This document shows positions 47,970 to 57,931 of a DNA stretch of 64,000 nucleotides, piece by piece. The notes below the pieces were generated by a model. That model saw only the letters and a list, made by a program, of their open reading frames with translations. It was not told where the DNA came from and made no database searches. The position numbers were made by a program, and so were the translations under genes. Every line of letters starts with the position of its first letter. Within the stretch, counting starts at the first letter, position 1. Source of the DNA: Desulfovirgula sp. (GTDB lineage Bacteria > Bacillota > Desulfotomaculia > Desulfotomaculales > Desulfovirgulaceae); assembly GCA_020725525.1 (NCBI GenBank), contig DYEX01000155.1, positions 4,328-68,327 on the forward strand. The letters run 5' to 3'.

Positions 47970-49151
47970 CTAACGCAGCATGACGGTAAGGTTGCCCACC
48001 CCTACCAGGATGGCAATGGCAAAGAAAAAGAGCAAGCCCACCGTGGCCACTGTGGCGAAGATAATGATTATGCTGTTGCCCAGGTCGGAAAGACAGGCCA
48101 CCACCTGGGAATCGTCCACCGGTTGAATCAACGCCCCGGCCAGTTTATAAATAAAAGCCAGGGAAATGAGCTTGACCAGCGGCAGGGCCATGATCATCAC
48201 CACTGCCACCACACCGGCAATACCCAGGGCATTTTTAATCAGCAGGGAAGAACTGATCACTGCCTCCAGGGCATCGGAAAACATTCCACCCACTACCGGG
48301 ATAAAGGCGTCCAGGGAAAACTTGGCCGTGCGCAAGACCACTCCATCCCCTACAGCCCCGGCCACCCCCTGGATGGCTAAAAGGCCCAGGAAAACCGTCC
48401 CCATTATCCCTAAAAGCCCCACCGCTGCGCCCCGCAACAGGCCGGCCAGGCCGGAAACCTTAAAGCGGGGGGAAAGGTGACTGGCCAGTCCCAGCACGGC
48501 GGAAAAGAAAACCAGGGGCAGAACCACGTTCTTGATCAGGGTTCCCAAAAAGGTGATGCTGACCAGAATTACGGGGTGAAAGATGGCCGCCGAAGCCACC
48601 CCGCCCAGGGCCACCAGCAGGGTGAGCAATACGGGCATCAAGGCTTGCATAAAGGTGACCATCCTGTCCACCACTTCCCTGCCGGTCTGCACCGCCAGAG
48701 CAAAGGAAGCAATGGCAATAGTTACCAGCACCAGGTAGGTGACGGTATGGGTAAGCTGGCCGGTGGTCCCCCGGTCAAAGGCGGCGGTAAAATTTTGCAG
48801 TACCACGCATATTATGGCCAGGACGACCAGCTTACCCAGGAGGGCGGAATTGGCCACCACCTCGCGAAACAAATAGGAAAGGAGGCTTTTGAAGAGTTCC
48901 CCGGCACTCAAATCAATTTCTCCACGGATTAATTTCATGACCATTTCTTTAAAGTTAAACCCGGGAATGGCATCTTTAATTTCCGCGTCCAGGGTATTTA
49001 TGTAATCCTCCACCCCGCTGATATCCAGTGCCTTCTGCACCGGCTCCAGGGAAGAAGTAGATTCCGGTAAATCCCCCGGTAAAGCCAGGGCGGCAGCGGG
49101 AAAGAATAACAATACCGCACAGAACACGCAAAACCAGAAGGGCCGGAGCAT
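47970..49151 (-). CDS. spoIIIAE: Stage III sporulation protein AE
   Basis: FMQALMPVL, RTAKF...IPVVGGMFSDA, LIKNALG, IQPV. Confidence 0.94.
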   Translation of the reverse strand: MLRPFWFCVFCAVLLFFPAAALALPGDLPESTSSLEPVQKALDISGVEDYINTLDAEIKDAIPGFNFKEMVMKLIRGEIDLSAGELFKSLLSYLFREVVANSALLGKLVVLAIICVVLQNFTAAFDRGTTGQLTHTVTYLVLVTIAIASFALAVQTGREVVDRMVTFMQALMPVLLTLLVALGGVASAAIFHPVILVSITFLGTLIKNVVLPLVFFSAVLGLASHLSPRFKVSGLAGLLRGAAVGLLGIMGTVFLGLLAIQGVAGAVGDGVVLRTAKFSLDAFIPVVGGMFSDALEAVISSSLLIKNALGIAGVVAVVMIMALPLVKLISLAFIYKLAGALIQPVDDSQVVACLSDLGNSIIIIFATVATVGLLFFFAIAILVGVGNLTVMLR

Positions 49152-49162
49152 CCCCTATCACC

Positions 49163-49558
49163 TCAGGGTACCAGTTTTAACAGGGACTGGAGCACGGCGA
49201 TCATTATGGGCACTGCCAGGACAAGGATGAGAACCTTGGCCGCAAATTCAATTTTGGAGGCCACTGCCCCCTCACCGGCATCCCGGCAGATCTGGGCGCC
49301 AAAATCGGCAATATAGGCTATGGCCACAATTTTGAGGATTGTCCCCAGGTAAACCATATTTAAATTGGCCCGGGTGGAAAGCTCCCTGAGCACGTCAATT
49401 ACCGCGCCAATCTTGCCCAGGACCATCATGAAGAGGATAATCCCTGCAGCAATGCTTAAAAGCATGGCCATTTCCGGCTTGTTGTGCCGGATGGTTACCG
49501 CCAGCACCGCCGCCACTATCCCCAGGCCGACAATCTGCATGATCTCCACCGGTGCCAC
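49163..49558 (-). CDS. spoIIIAD: Stage III sporulation protein AD
   Basis: QIVGLGIVA, ILKIVAIAYIADFGAQICRDAGE. Confidence 0.95.
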   Translation of the reverse strand: MAPVEIMQIVGLGIVAAVLAVTIRHNKPEMAMLLSIAAGIILFMMVLGKIGAVIDVLRELSTRANLNMVYLGTILKIVAIAYIADFGAQICRDAGEGAVASKIEFAAKVLILVLAVPIMIAVLQSLLKLVP

Positions 49559-49562
49559 CCCT

Positions 49563-49766
49563 CTAAAACAACTTGAACACCGACCTTACCTGGTCAAAGA
49601 AACCGCCCAGAAGCTGCACCACCCAGATGAGCACAATGCCCAGACCGCCCAGGGTAGCAATAACGGCATAATCCTCCTTTCCGGAATTTTTCAGGACGTA
49701 ATGGGCAACTCCGACAAGAATTCCAATGCCGATAATCTTAAAAATTAAACTGATATCGTAGCCCAT
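49563..49766 (-). CDS. spoIIIAC: Stage III sporulation protein AC
   Basis: DISLIFKIIGIGILV...SGKED...FDQVRSVFKL. Confidence 0.93.
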   Translation of the reverse strand: MGYDISLIFKIIGIGILVGVAHYVLKNSGKEDYAVIATLGGLGIVLIWVVQLLGGFFDQVRSVFKLF

Positions 49767-49783
49767 ATGGCTCCCCCCCTTCT

Positions 49784-50305
49784 TTAATACAACATCAGAA
49801 CCAGGGCCAGCCCGCCGAGAAAGCCCAGGTAGTTCCAGAGCCTGACATAGCGGGAGGCTTCCTCTTCAGCCCGCGCCATTTCCACGCCCAGCTGCTCCAT
49901 GGCCAGGTGCAGATGTTTGCTCTGGTCCTGTACGCTGGAAATACCCAGGGCCGGACCCAGTTGACGGAGAACGGCCAGATCGGAAGGCACCAGGGCGCTG
50001 GTGGGATAAAAGGCTTTCAGGGCACTCTCCCAGGCCTCCCGCGCCGTACGGCCCGATGGGGACAGGAGCTCTTCTCTGGCACGGTTAAACAGGGGGGCCA
50101 GCCGCGGCCCTGCCCGCTCCGCCACCCGGCCCAGGGCCTCGGGCAGGGGAGTGGCGGTATAGGTGATCTCCGTTTCCAGCATCTTTAAAGCCGCCTGTAA
50201 ACTGCGCAGGTCCCGCGGCCGCCGGGCATAATGCCCGGCCATGGTCATGCCTGCCCCACCGCCGGCCAGGAGGATCAGGGCACATCCAAGGATCTTCAGC
50301 ATCAC
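49784..50305 (-). CDS. spoIIIAB: Stage III sporulation protein AB
   Basis: LKILG, RPRDLRSL...LETEITY. Confidence 0.93.
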   Translation of the reverse strand: MMLKILGCALILLAGGGAGMTMAGHYARRPRDLRSLQAALKMLETEITYTATPLPEALGRVAERAGPRLAPLFNRAREELLSPSGRTAREAWESALKAFYPTSALVPSDLAVLRQLGPALGISSVQDQSKHLHLAMEQLGVEMARAEEEASRYVRLWNYLGFLGGLALVLMLY

Positions 50306-51312
50306 CTCACCCCCAGGGAACGCATGGTCTGACCATCCAGGATATCTTCTACGGTACCCACACCGCGGGAACGGCCCAAAAGGACAAAGCGCTGGATTAC
50401 TTTAAGCTTGAAGAGATGTCGCAGGGCCGGCCGGGCGGCCAGTTCGGCCAGGGAAGCACCGTGGACGGTAACCAGAACGCGCACTCCGGCATGGAACACC
50501 TCTTCCAGGGCGGCGATGTCCTCGTCTCTCCCGATCTCGTCGGTGGCAATCACCTGGGGAGCCATGGAACGCAGCAGCATGATCATGCCGTCGGCCTTGG
50601 GGCAACCGTCCAGAACATCAGTACGCACCCCCACGTCCCGCTGCGGTACTCCCCGGCAGCAGCCGGCCAGCTCGGAACGCTCGTCAACCACCCCTACGGT
50701 CAAGCCGGGCAGGTCCAGCTCCGGCGCACCGTTGCTGAGCTGGCGGATGATATCCCGCAGCAGGGTGGTCTTCCCGCAGCGGGGTGGGGAAAAGATCAGC
50801 GTGTGATAAATGCTTTTTAACCGGCGGTCAATGAGGTGCGGCAGGAGGGGGGTGGCCAGCCCCGGCACTTCCCGGGAAATACGGATGTTCAGGGAACTGA
50901 TGTACTTTAAGGTTTTCACCCGACCCCCTTCCATGACCGCCCGCCCGGTCAGGCCGACCCGGTGCCCGCCGGGAAGGGTGATGTACCCGTTGCGCAATTC
51001 CTCTTCCAGGGCATAAAGGGATGAACCGGTAACGAGCTGGAGGGTACGTTCCAGGTCGCCGGCGCTGACCCGGTAGGCCTGTTCCGGGCTGCTCACCAGG
51101 TTTCCCTCCGGGCTGAGGAAGGCATCCTTATGGACCAGTCCCAGGGCCAGGGGCCGCTCCTGGCGCAGGCGAATTTCCTCCAGCCGTTCCAGGACTTCCA
51201 GGGGCAGCCCGGCAATCAAATTGCGCAGTTGAACCGGTAGCACCGGCAACACTTCTTCCACGGGATGGCTTTTGGTGGACTTGACCGGTCGAAGCAAAGG
51301 CGCAGTGACCAT
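50302..51312 (-). CDS. spoIIIAA: Stage III sporulation protein AA (ATPase)
   Basis: LEEIRLR, GYITLPGGHRVG, SPPRCGKTTLLRD, VDERSELA, TDEIG. Confidence 0.96.
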   Translation of the reverse strand: MVTAPLLRPVKSTKSHPVEEVLPVLPVQLRNLIAGLPLEVLERLEEIRLRQERPLALGLVHKDAFLSPEGNLVSSPEQAYRVSAGDLERTLQLVTGSSLYALEEELRNGYITLPGGHRVGLTGRAVMEGGRVKTLKYISSLNIRISREVPGLATPLLPHLIDRRLKSIYHTLIFSPPRCGKTTLLRDIIRQLSNGAPELDLPGLTVGVVDERSELAGCCRGVPQRDVGVRTDVLDGCPKADGMIMLLRSMAPQVIATDEIGRDEDIAALEEVFHAGVRVLVTVHGASLAELAARPALRHLFKLKVIQRFVLLGRSRGVGTVEDILDGQTMRSLGVR

Positions 51313-51337
51313 GGTTTGTCCCTCCTTCTTTAGTCCA

Positions 51338-51366
51338 TAGATATTTGAAAGGACAAGTTTTTATAC
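51338..51366 (-). promoter_or_regulatory. sigmaE-like promoter for the spoIIIA operon
   Basis: gtATA followed after about 16 nt by an AATATCT -10-like element (imperfect CATA); expected position. Confidence 0.4.
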
Positions 51367-51390
51367 CCCAAAAAATTGTCAAAAAAAAGA

Positions 51391-51413
51391 ACCCTCCACA
51401 ACACGTGAAGGGT
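51391..51413 (-). terminator. Terminator after CoA-disulfide reductase-rhodanese
   Basis: ACCCTTCAC/GTGGAGGGT stem plus T-tract on minus strand. Confidence 0.6.
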
Positions 51414-51429
51414 CCAAAAAATCCAGGTT

Positions 51430-53109
51430 TTATTCCAGCTCGTAGGGCCAGCCCTGCAGGCCGCCCTCCAGGAATTTTACGTCTTTGAAGCCGGCTCCGG
51501 TTAAAGTGCGCATGGCTTCATAGGCCCGCACGCCCAGGGCGCAAAGGGTAACGATTTCCCTGTCCCGGGGAATTTCGTCAATGCGGCGGCGCAGGTCGCC
51601 CAGGGTCACCAGCATCACCCGGTCGTCTTCAATGTGCCGGTAGTTGAACTGTTCCGGGGTGCGCACATCCAGCAGGATAAAATCGTCGCCCCGGTCCAGC
51701 TTTTCCTTGAGCTCCCGGGCGGTGATGGTCCGGGCCAGGCCGTCCACCTTATTGCGCACAATGTTGGCCCCGTGCTGAATCGCATCGATGGGAGTGCTGA
51801 AGGGCGGGGCATAACCCAGATCCACATCAAACAGGTCGTCCACCGTAGCCCCGAAGTGCAAGGCCGTAGCCACCACGTCAATGCGTTTAATGGCGTCACC
51901 GCCGCCAATGGCCTGGGCGCCCAATAGTTTGCGGCTCTTTTTATCCACTACCAGTTTAATGAGCAGGTTGTCGTGACCGGGGTAGTAGTGGGTGCGGTCA
52001 TGGGTGGCGTTGATGGCAGTAATTACATCGTAACCCAGATCCCGGGCCTGCTGCTCGCCCAGCCCGGTACGGCCTACGTTCCAGCCCAGAACTTTCAGCA
52101 CTGCCGTACCCAGCACCCCCTTGAATTTGCTCTTCCGGCCGGCCACGTTGTCCCCCGCCACCCGGCCCTGGCGGTTGGCCGTGGAAGCCAGGGGAATATA
52201 CACCTTGCGCCCGGAAACCAGGTGCAGGTTTTCCACGCAGTCTCCCACGGCATAGATGTCCGGGTCGCTGGTCTGCAGGTATTCGTTTACCGCAATAGCT
52301 CCCGTCTCGCCAATGGTGAGGCCGGCGGCCCGGGCCAGCTCCACATTGGGCCTTACTCCCACGGCCACAATAACCATCTGGGCATCCAGTGTACCGCCGT
52401 CGGTCACCACTCCGGTGACATGGCCCTCTTCATCACCCTCCAGGCGCAAGACCTTCTTGCCCAGGTGGAATTCCACGCCTTCCTCTTCCAGGCGGAAGGC
52501 CAGCACCGCCGCCAGGTCGGGATCGAGCACCCCGGGCAAAATCTGCTCCTTGAGTTCCACCACCGAAACAAAGATCTTCCGCTTGAGCAGTGCCTCCATT
52601 GCCTCCATACCAATCAGGCCCGCCCCCACAATTACCGCCTCACTGACCCCTTCCAGCTGCTCCACAATCTGCCGGGCGTCATCGGGGTGATTGAGCCGGT
52701 GAACGCCCTTTAAATCCAGGCCGGGTATGGGGGGAACTACCGGGCTGGACCCCGTGGCCAGCACCAGCCTGTCATAGGGGATGGTGCTGGTTTCCCCGGT
52801 ATCCAGGTTGGTTACCGTCACTTCCTTCTTCTGCCGGTCAATAGCCCTGGCCTCGGTACGGGTGAGCACTTTTACCCCTTTTTCGTTCATAAAATAGTGC
52901 TCGTCCCTGATTACTCCATAAGATGTACTGAATAACTGGTCAAAGTCCTTAATTTGACCGCCGACATAAAAGGGCATACCGCATCCGGCATAGGAAATAA
53001 GGCGGCCCCGTTCAATAATGGTGATCTCGGCATCCGGCATGAGCCGCCGGGCCCGGGCCGCCACCTTGGGGCCTGCCGCCACACCACCGATAATGACAAT
53101 TTTGCTCAT
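51430..53109 (-). CDS. CoA-disulfide/persulfide reductase with C-terminal rhodanese domain (CoADR-RHD/Npsr-like)
   Basis: GGVAAG FAD site, SYAGCGMP redox Cys, GAGLIG, TSDPDIYAVGD, YAPPFS, rhodanese LDVRT...LCALGVRAY. Confidence 0.9.
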   Translation of the reverse strand: MSKIVIIGGVAAGPKVAARARRLMPDAEITIIERGRLISYAGCGMPFYVGGQIKDFDQLFSTSYGVIRDEHYFMNEKGVKVLTRTEARAIDRQKKEVTVTNLDTGETSTIPYDRLVLATGSSPVVPPIPGLDLKGVHRLNHPDDARQIVEQLEGVSEAVIVGAGLIGMEAMEALLKRKIFVSVVELKEQILPGVLDPDLAAVLAFRLEEEGVEFHLGKKVLRLEGDEEGHVTGVVTDGGTLDAQMVIVAVGVRPNVELARAAGLTIGETGAIAVNEYLQTSDPDIYAVGDCVENLHLVSGRKVYIPLASTANRQGRVAGDNVAGRKSKFKGVLGTAVLKVLGWNVGRTGLGEQQARDLGYDVITAINATHDRTHYYPGHDNLLIKLVVDKKSRKLLGAQAIGGGDAIKRIDVVATALHFGATVDDLFDVDLGYAPPFSTPIDAIQHGANIVRNKVDGLARTITARELKEKLDRGDDFILLDVRTPEQFNYRHIEDDRVMLVTLGDLRRRIDEIPRDREIVTLCALGVRAYEAMRTLTGAGFKDVKFLEGGLQGWPYELE

Positions 53110-53142
53110 GGTGTCATCCGCCTCCCTTGAAATCTCTGGCCT

Positions 53143-53172
53143 ATTGTAAACCCGCTTTTAGCCGGAAGTCAA
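53143..53172 (-). promoter_or_regulatory. sigmaA-like promoter for CoADR-RHD
   Basis: TTGACT-N18-TACAAT. Confidence 0.5.
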
Positions 53173-53190
53173 GGGGTATGTCGTTTGAGT

Positions 53191-53438
53191 TATCCCCACT
53201 TTCCCACTACCCTGTTTTGGCTCCCGCTCGCTCCGGTGAGCCTCGCGGGCCAAACTAGTGCTCGGCTCAAAGCTCCGGCAGGCTTCCCGGCAAATTCGGC
53301 ATCCTGCCTCAGTTGCCGGCCTCGGGCATCCATGCCCTCGGGCCTGCCTTCGCTTTTCGCCTCGCTAAGTTTGGCTGGCCGCTCGGCTCGAGTCGCTCGC
53401 TACCGAGCCAAAACAGGGGCTTTAAAAAACTGGGGATA
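53191..53438. repeat. About 250-bp nested palindromic MITE/REP-like element
   Basis: 14-bp perfect IR CCCTGTTTTGGCTC (53210-53223) / GAGCCAAAACAGGG (53405-53418), outer TATCCCCA/TGGGGATA, inner CCAAACT/AGTTTGG and GGCATCC repeats. Confidence 0.65.
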
Positions 53439-53498
53439 CTTCAGGCATGTCGTTCTCAGCTACCCTTAAATAGAAAAGGTTCCGGCATTGCCGGAACC

Positions 53499-53945
53499 CT
53501 AAAGGTCATCGTCGCGCTCCACCTGCGTGCGCCCTTCCAGCAACTCGGGCTCATCGGCAGAAGCATAGGTGTCGTCATTTACGAAGACTACCTCATCGCA
53601 ATTGGGACAGGTTACCTCAATTACATCCTCGTCATCAACAATGTCCCGGTCAAAGCAAACGATTTCACCGCAGCGCGGGCATTCCACTTCCATGTAATCG
53701 TCATCATCCATGCCCGGGCGGCCGTCGTAAATCTCGTCTTCCAGGGAGTAAAGGTCCTCGTCGATGCTTTCCAGGTAGTCCTCCAGCTGTTCCTGGGCCT
53801 CCTGCAGTTCGTTAAAGGAGTCGGCAAAGTCACCGAGAACGTCGATGATGCTTGAAAGCAACCGGCCTTCCTTACTTTTCTTTTCAAGGTCCATACCCGC
53901 TGAAAGGCCCTGCAGGTAAGCCACCCTGGATTTCAGGTCTTCCAT
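53499..53945 (-). CDS. CD1247 N-terminal domain protein (acidic, Zn-ribbon)
   Basis: LKSRVAYLQGL, CPRCG...CPNC; position between efp and spoIIIAA. Confidence 0.85.
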   Translation of the reverse strand: MEDLKSRVAYLQGLSAGMDLEKKSKEGRLLSSIIDVLGDFADSFNELQEAQEQLEDYLESIDEDLYSLEDEIYDGRPGMDDDDYMEVECPRCGEIVCFDRDIVDDEDVIEVTCPNCDEVVFVNDDTYASADEPELLEGRTQVERDDDL

Positions 53946-53990
53946 TACAAAACCCCCTTTTGGTGTGATGAATAGCCAGCTGGACTGTTA

Positions 53991-54020
53991 TAGTATTGCT
54001 CTTTTCCGGGGGTTTTAAAC
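53991..54020 (-). promoter_or_regulatory. sigmaG/sigmaF-like promoter for the CD1247-like gene
   Basis: GTTTA-N18-AATACTA. Confidence 0.45.
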
Positions 54021-54036
54021 ATATATTTCCTGGGGA

Positions 54037-54054
54037 ACGGTTTTGCTGAACATT
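54037..54054. repeat. TGTTCAG-family half repeat after the efp stop
   Basis: ACGGTTTTGCTGAACATT. Confidence 0.55.
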
Positions 54055-54611
54055 CACGCCCGCTTGATATATTGACCGGTACGGGTGTCGATCTGCAAAA
54101 CATCCCCTACTTCGATAAAGAAGGGAACCTGGACGACATATCCGGTTTCCAGGGTGGCCGGCTTGGAGCCTCCCGAGGCGGTGTCGCCTTTAATGCCGGG
54201 AGGTGTATCTATTACCTTGAGCTCCACAAAGTTGGGCAAATCCACACCAATTGACTTACCCTGGAACATGAGGAGGTTGATGGTCATATTTTCTTTCAAG
54301 AAGTTGATTGCCTCGCCCAGCTGTTCCCTGGTCAGGGAAAACTGGTCAAAGGTTTCCATATCCATAAAGTTGTAGCTGGTTCCGTCATTGTAAAGGTACT
54401 GGACTTCCCGCCGCTCCACGTGGGCCCGGGGTATTTTTTCGCCGGCGTTAAAGGTCTTTTCAATTACCGCCCCGGTGCGCAGGTTTTTGAGCTTTGACCG
54501 GACGAATGCCGCCCCTTTCCCCGGTTTGACGTGCTGGAAGTCAATCACCTGGTACACTTCCCCGTCCAGGTCAATGGTTAATCCGGTTCGGAAGTCGTTG
54601 GTGGAAATCAC
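54054..54611 (-). CDS. efp: Elongation factor P
   Basis: [47 protein letters not shown]; GTG start. Confidence 0.98.
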   Translation of the reverse strand: MISTNDFRTGLTIDLDGEVYQVIDFQHVKPGKGAAFVRSKLKNLRTGAVIEKTFNAGEKIPRAHVERREVQYLYNDGTSYNFMDMETFDQFSLTREQLGEAINFLKENMTINLLMFQGKSIGVDLPNFVELKVIDTPPGIKGDTASGGSKPATLETGYVVQVPFFIEVGDVLQIDTRTGQYIKRA

Positions 54612-54648
54612 CTCTAGCCAAACCTCCTTTAAAATATTAAACGGAAAC

Positions 54649-54666
54649 ACGGTTTTGCTGAATATT
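54649..54666. repeat. TGTTCAG-family half repeat after the pepQ stop
   Basis: ACGGTTTTGCTGAATATT (17/18 identical to the copy at 54037). Confidence 0.55.
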
Positions 54667-55742
54667 TACACGGGAACAACGGGCAGGGGGTCCTTTGGGG
54701 CGCGGGTGAGGATACGGCACCCCTGTTCCTCCACCACCACCATGTCCTCAATCCGTACGCCGCCCCATCCCGGAAGGTAAATGCCCGGTTCCACGGTGAT
54801 GACCATGCCCGTCTGCAGCACAGTTTCATTCTTTTTAGAAACGGAAGGATCTTCGTGTACCGCCAGGCCCACGCCGTGGCCGGTGCTGTGGCCGAAGTTT
54901 TCCCCGTAACCGGCGGAGGCAATCACTTCCCGGGCCGCCCGGTCCACATCGCAGGCCTTCACTCCGGCCCGCACTGCCGCCAGAGCGGCCCGCTGGGCGG
55001 CCAGCACCAGGTCGTAAATTTCTTTCTGGCGGGGATGGGGCGAACCCACCACCACCGTGCGGGTGAGATCGGAATTGTAGCCCTCGTACAGGCAACCGAA
55101 GTCCATGGTGACCAGATCCCCCTCGCAAATGACCCGGTGGGAAGCCACACCGTGGGGCAGAGCTCCCCGGGGACCCGAGGCCACAATGGTCTCAAAGGCA
55201 CTTTTACGGGCACCCAGGCGGCGCATAAAACATTCCAGTTCCACGGCCACATCCCATTCGGTAACCCCGGGTTTCAGGTAGTCAAGGATATGCTCAAAAG
55301 CCCGGTCGGCCAGAGCCACCGCCCGGGACATAAGTTCAATTTCCCCCGGGTCCTTGACCTGCCTTAATTCCTCGATCAGACCGTAGAGGGGGGTAAGCGG
55401 GATTTTTTCCAGCTTCTCCTGGAGGGTGACTACCTGCTTATAAGTAAGGAAATCTCCTTCACAGCCCAGCCGGTTGACCCCCCACCGGGGCAGTTTTTCA
55501 GCCAGTGCATCATAAAGGGATTCCTTAAACCCTACCACCTGACAAAGGGAGCATTGTTCCCGCGCCTGCTCAAAATAACGGAAATCGGCCAGAAAATAAA
55601 CCTGCCGGGCAGTAACCACCAGGGCACCGGCGGAACCGGTAAAGCCGCTCAAGTAAAACCGGTTTTCCGGACGCATCACCAAAAAGGCGTCCACATTCTC
55701 TTGAGCAAGCCTGGCCAGCAGACGTTCAATCCTACCCTGCAC
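54666..55742 (-). CDS. pepQ: Xaa-Pro aminopeptidase (M24, YqhT/PapA)
   Basis: [16 protein letters not shown]...[33 protein letters not shown]. Confidence 0.92.
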   Translation of the reverse strand: MQGRIERLLARLAQENVDAFLVMRPENRFYLSGFTGSAGALVVTARQVYFLADFRYFEQAREQCSLCQVVGFKESLYDALAEKLPRWGVNRLGCEGDFLTYKQVVTLQEKLEKIPLTPLYGLIEELRQVKDPGEIELMSRAVALADRAFEHILDYLKPGVTEWDVAVELECFMRRLGARKSAFETIVASGPRGALPHGVASHRVICEGDLVTMDFGCLYEGYNSDLTRTVVVGSPHPRQKEIYDLVLAAQRAALAAVRAGVKACDVDRAAREVIASAGYGENFGHSTGHGVGLAVHEDPSVSKKNETVLQTGMVITVEPGIYLPGWGGVRIEDMVVVEEQGCRILTRAPKDPLPVVPV

Positions 55743-56196
55743 GTCCAGGCCCCCTGCTTTGTGCCAGCTCCACCGCGGCCCTGAGGGCCAGCCGGTAACC
55801 GAGCACACCCAGGCCGCTGATTTGACCGGCGGCTACCGGAGCAATTACTGAATGATGGCGGAATTCTTCCCGGGCATAGATATTGGAAAGATGCACTTCG
55901 ATTACCGGCAAGCCAGTGGCGGCCACCGCATCCCTTAAGGCGATACTGTAATGGGTATAGGCACCGGGGTTAAAAACCACCGCATCCTCTTTACCCACTG
56001 CCCGGTGGAGCCTGTCCACCAGTTCACCTTCGTGATTGGACTGGTAAAAGGTTACCTCCACCCCCAGTTCCCCGGCCAGCTTTTCGAGGGAGGCATTGAT
56101 CTCGTCCAGGGTAAGGGCGCCGTAAACCTGGGGTTCCCGGCGCCCTAGTAAATTTAGATTGGGACCATTGAGAACCAGTATTTTCACCTGCAGCAC
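55732..56196 (-). CDS. aroQ: Type II 3-dehydroquinate dehydratase
   Basis: [42 protein letters not shown]. Confidence 0.96.
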   Translation of the reverse strand: MLQVKILVLNGPNLNLLGRREPQVYGALTLDEINASLEKLAGELGVEVTFYQSNHEGELVDRLHRAVGKEDAVVFNPGAYTHYSIALRDAVAATGLPVIEVHLSNIYAREEFRHHSVIAPVAAGQISGLGVLGYRLALRAAVELAQSRGPGRAG

Positions 56197-56262
56197 CGTC
56201 CTGCCAGAAGAGGATCGCAAAAAAAATTTTACCATAACCCAGAATAATTGCAAAGCCCGTTG

Positions 56263-57603
56263 TTAGTGGCCGCTGATGGACATTCCGGCCACCCTGATGG
56301 CCGGTGCCCCCCGCCCCCCAAAAAAGGTCAGATTATTGGCTACTCCATCCACCTGCTTGAGTAAAGTAAGAAGGTTGCCGGCTATGGCTACGCCCCGCAC
56401 AGGACGGGTAAGCTGCCCGTTTTCAATTAAAATCCCCGCCGCGCCTACGGAAAAATCGCCGGAAATGGGGTTGGCCGTGTGCATCCCCAATACTTCCGTT
56501 ACATACAGTCCCTGTTGCGTGTCGCGGATGAGGTCCTCCGGAGAAATGGTTCCCGGCTGGATGAAAAAGTTGGTCGTCCCCACTTCCGGGGGGCTTTTAA
56601 AGGAGCCGCGCACCCCGTTGCCGGTGGATTTGACGCCGTCCCTGGCGGCAGTGTAAGTATTATGCAGAAAGCCGCGCAAAATTCCGCCTTCAATCAAGAC
56701 CGTACGGCCTGTGGGCACGCCTTCGCCGTCAAAAGGAGCGGAAGCAATACCCCCGGCCAGGGCGCCGTCGTCAATGATGTTCACCAGCGGGGAGGCTACC
56801 TCCTGCCCCACCTTACCGGCAAAGGGCGACCGGTTCTTCTGCACCGCTTCGGCAGTAAGCCCGGGACCCAGAAGGCCCAAAAAGCCCGTCACCACGTAGG
56901 GCTCCAGGATTACCGCCGCCCGCCGGGTGCTCACCGGTTTGGCCCCGAGCATGCGTACGGCCCGCTCTGCGGCTTCCCGCCCTACTTTGACGGGATTCAA
57001 CTGATCATACTGCAGGCGGTAATCCATGGCAAAGCCCGTCTGGCTGTCGTTGTTTTCTTCAGCCACCAGCGACATATAAAGGCCGCAGTAAGCGCTCCGG
57101 TAAGTGGCCTCAATACCCCGGCTGTTGACCAGGGTAACCTCTATTTCAGCGTCATGGTAGGCGGCACTTTCAGTAATTTTAACCCGGGGATCAAAATCCC
57201 GGGCCGCCCTTTCCATGGCCCGGGCCAGCTCGATTTTTTCTTCCACGGTGGCCCTGCGGATGGCCGGGTCATAAAGGTTCAGTTCCGGATAGGCGGAAGC
57301 GGGTTCAGGCAGCACCCGGTAAGGATCGGGGGCCGCGCTGGCGGCATTGCTCACGGCCTGGCGCACAATATCCTCCACGGCCGTTCTGGTAAGGTCGGTC
57401 GTAAAGGCAAATCCGGCACTGTTGCCGACCATTACCCGCAGGCCCAGACCACGGTCCTGCGCCAGTTTCATGGTTTCTACCTGCCCGTCCCGTACTTCAA
57501 CGACCAGTTCCTTGCCGGCATTCAGGTAGGCTTCAACCTGGCCGGCCCCCAGGCTGGCGGCCCGCTGCAGGGCATACCGGGCAATTTCCAGAAAGTCGGC
57601 CAA
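56263..57603 (-). CDS. pmbA: PmbA/TldE metalloprotease partner
   Basis: FDGEGVP, STGNG, NPISGDFSVGA; lacks HExxH. Confidence 0.88.
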   Translation of the reverse strand: MADFLEIARYALQRAASLGAGQVEAYLNAGKELVVEVRDGQVETMKLAQDRGLGLRVMVGNSAGFAFTTDLTRTAVEDIVRQAVSNAASAAPDPYRVLPEPASAYPELNLYDPAIRRATVEEKIELARAMERAARDFDPRVKITESAAYHDAEIEVTLVNSRGIEATYRSAYCGLYMSLVAEENNDSQTGFAMDYRLQYDQLNPVKVGREAAERAVRMLGAKPVSTRRAAVILEPYVVTGFLGLLGPGLTAEAVQKNRSPFAGKVGQEVASPLVNIIDDGALAGGIASAPFDGEGVPTGRTVLIEGGILRGFLHNTYTAARDGVKSTGNGVRGSFKSPPEVGTTNFFIQPGTISPEDLIRDTQQGLYVTEVLGMHTANPISGDFSVGAAGILIENGQLTRPVRGVAIAGNLLTLLKQVDGVANNLTFFGGRGAPAIRVAGMSISGH

Positions 57604-57698
57604 CGCAAATCCCACTCCTTTCCACGTCAACATAAGTATTATTCAATAACCGCCAGCCTATTCCTTTAGAGCCCAACAAAAAAACTGCCTGCCGGCAG

Positions 57699-57911
57699 CT
57701 AGTGTACATAAAGACTGGTGGTAAGGGCAAATATACCTTTTAAGGATACCGGGGCCAGTTCCTGTACTGAAGCTTCCACTATGGTGGCAGGGTCCAGCAT
57801 AGCCAGAATGGCCACCCGTTCCCCGGTACTCTGTCTGGTGTAAAAACCAAGAATACAAAACTGCATATCTTCCCCACATACCTTGCGGGTCACAATATCA
57901 CCAATTTTCAT
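57699..57911 (-). CDS. Small protein resembling the N-terminal domain of sporulation peptidase YabG
   Basis: MKIGDIVTRKVCGEDMQFCI resembles YabG N-terminus (IGD.V.RKSY..D..F.I); no protease domain. Confidence 0.55.
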   Translation of the reverse strand: MKIGDIVTRKVCGEDMQFCILGFYTRQSTGERVAILAMLDPATIVEASVQELAPVSLKGIFALTTSLYVH

Positions 57912-57931
57912 GCAGCCTACCCCCTGGATGA

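Noticed and set aside
56479-57669. Long plus-strand ORFs (e.g. 56479-57669, 33098-34135, 29293-30321, 59723-60721, 4997-5857)
   Set aside because: Antisense shadows of well-supported minus-strand genes in GC-rich DNA; no recognisable domains.
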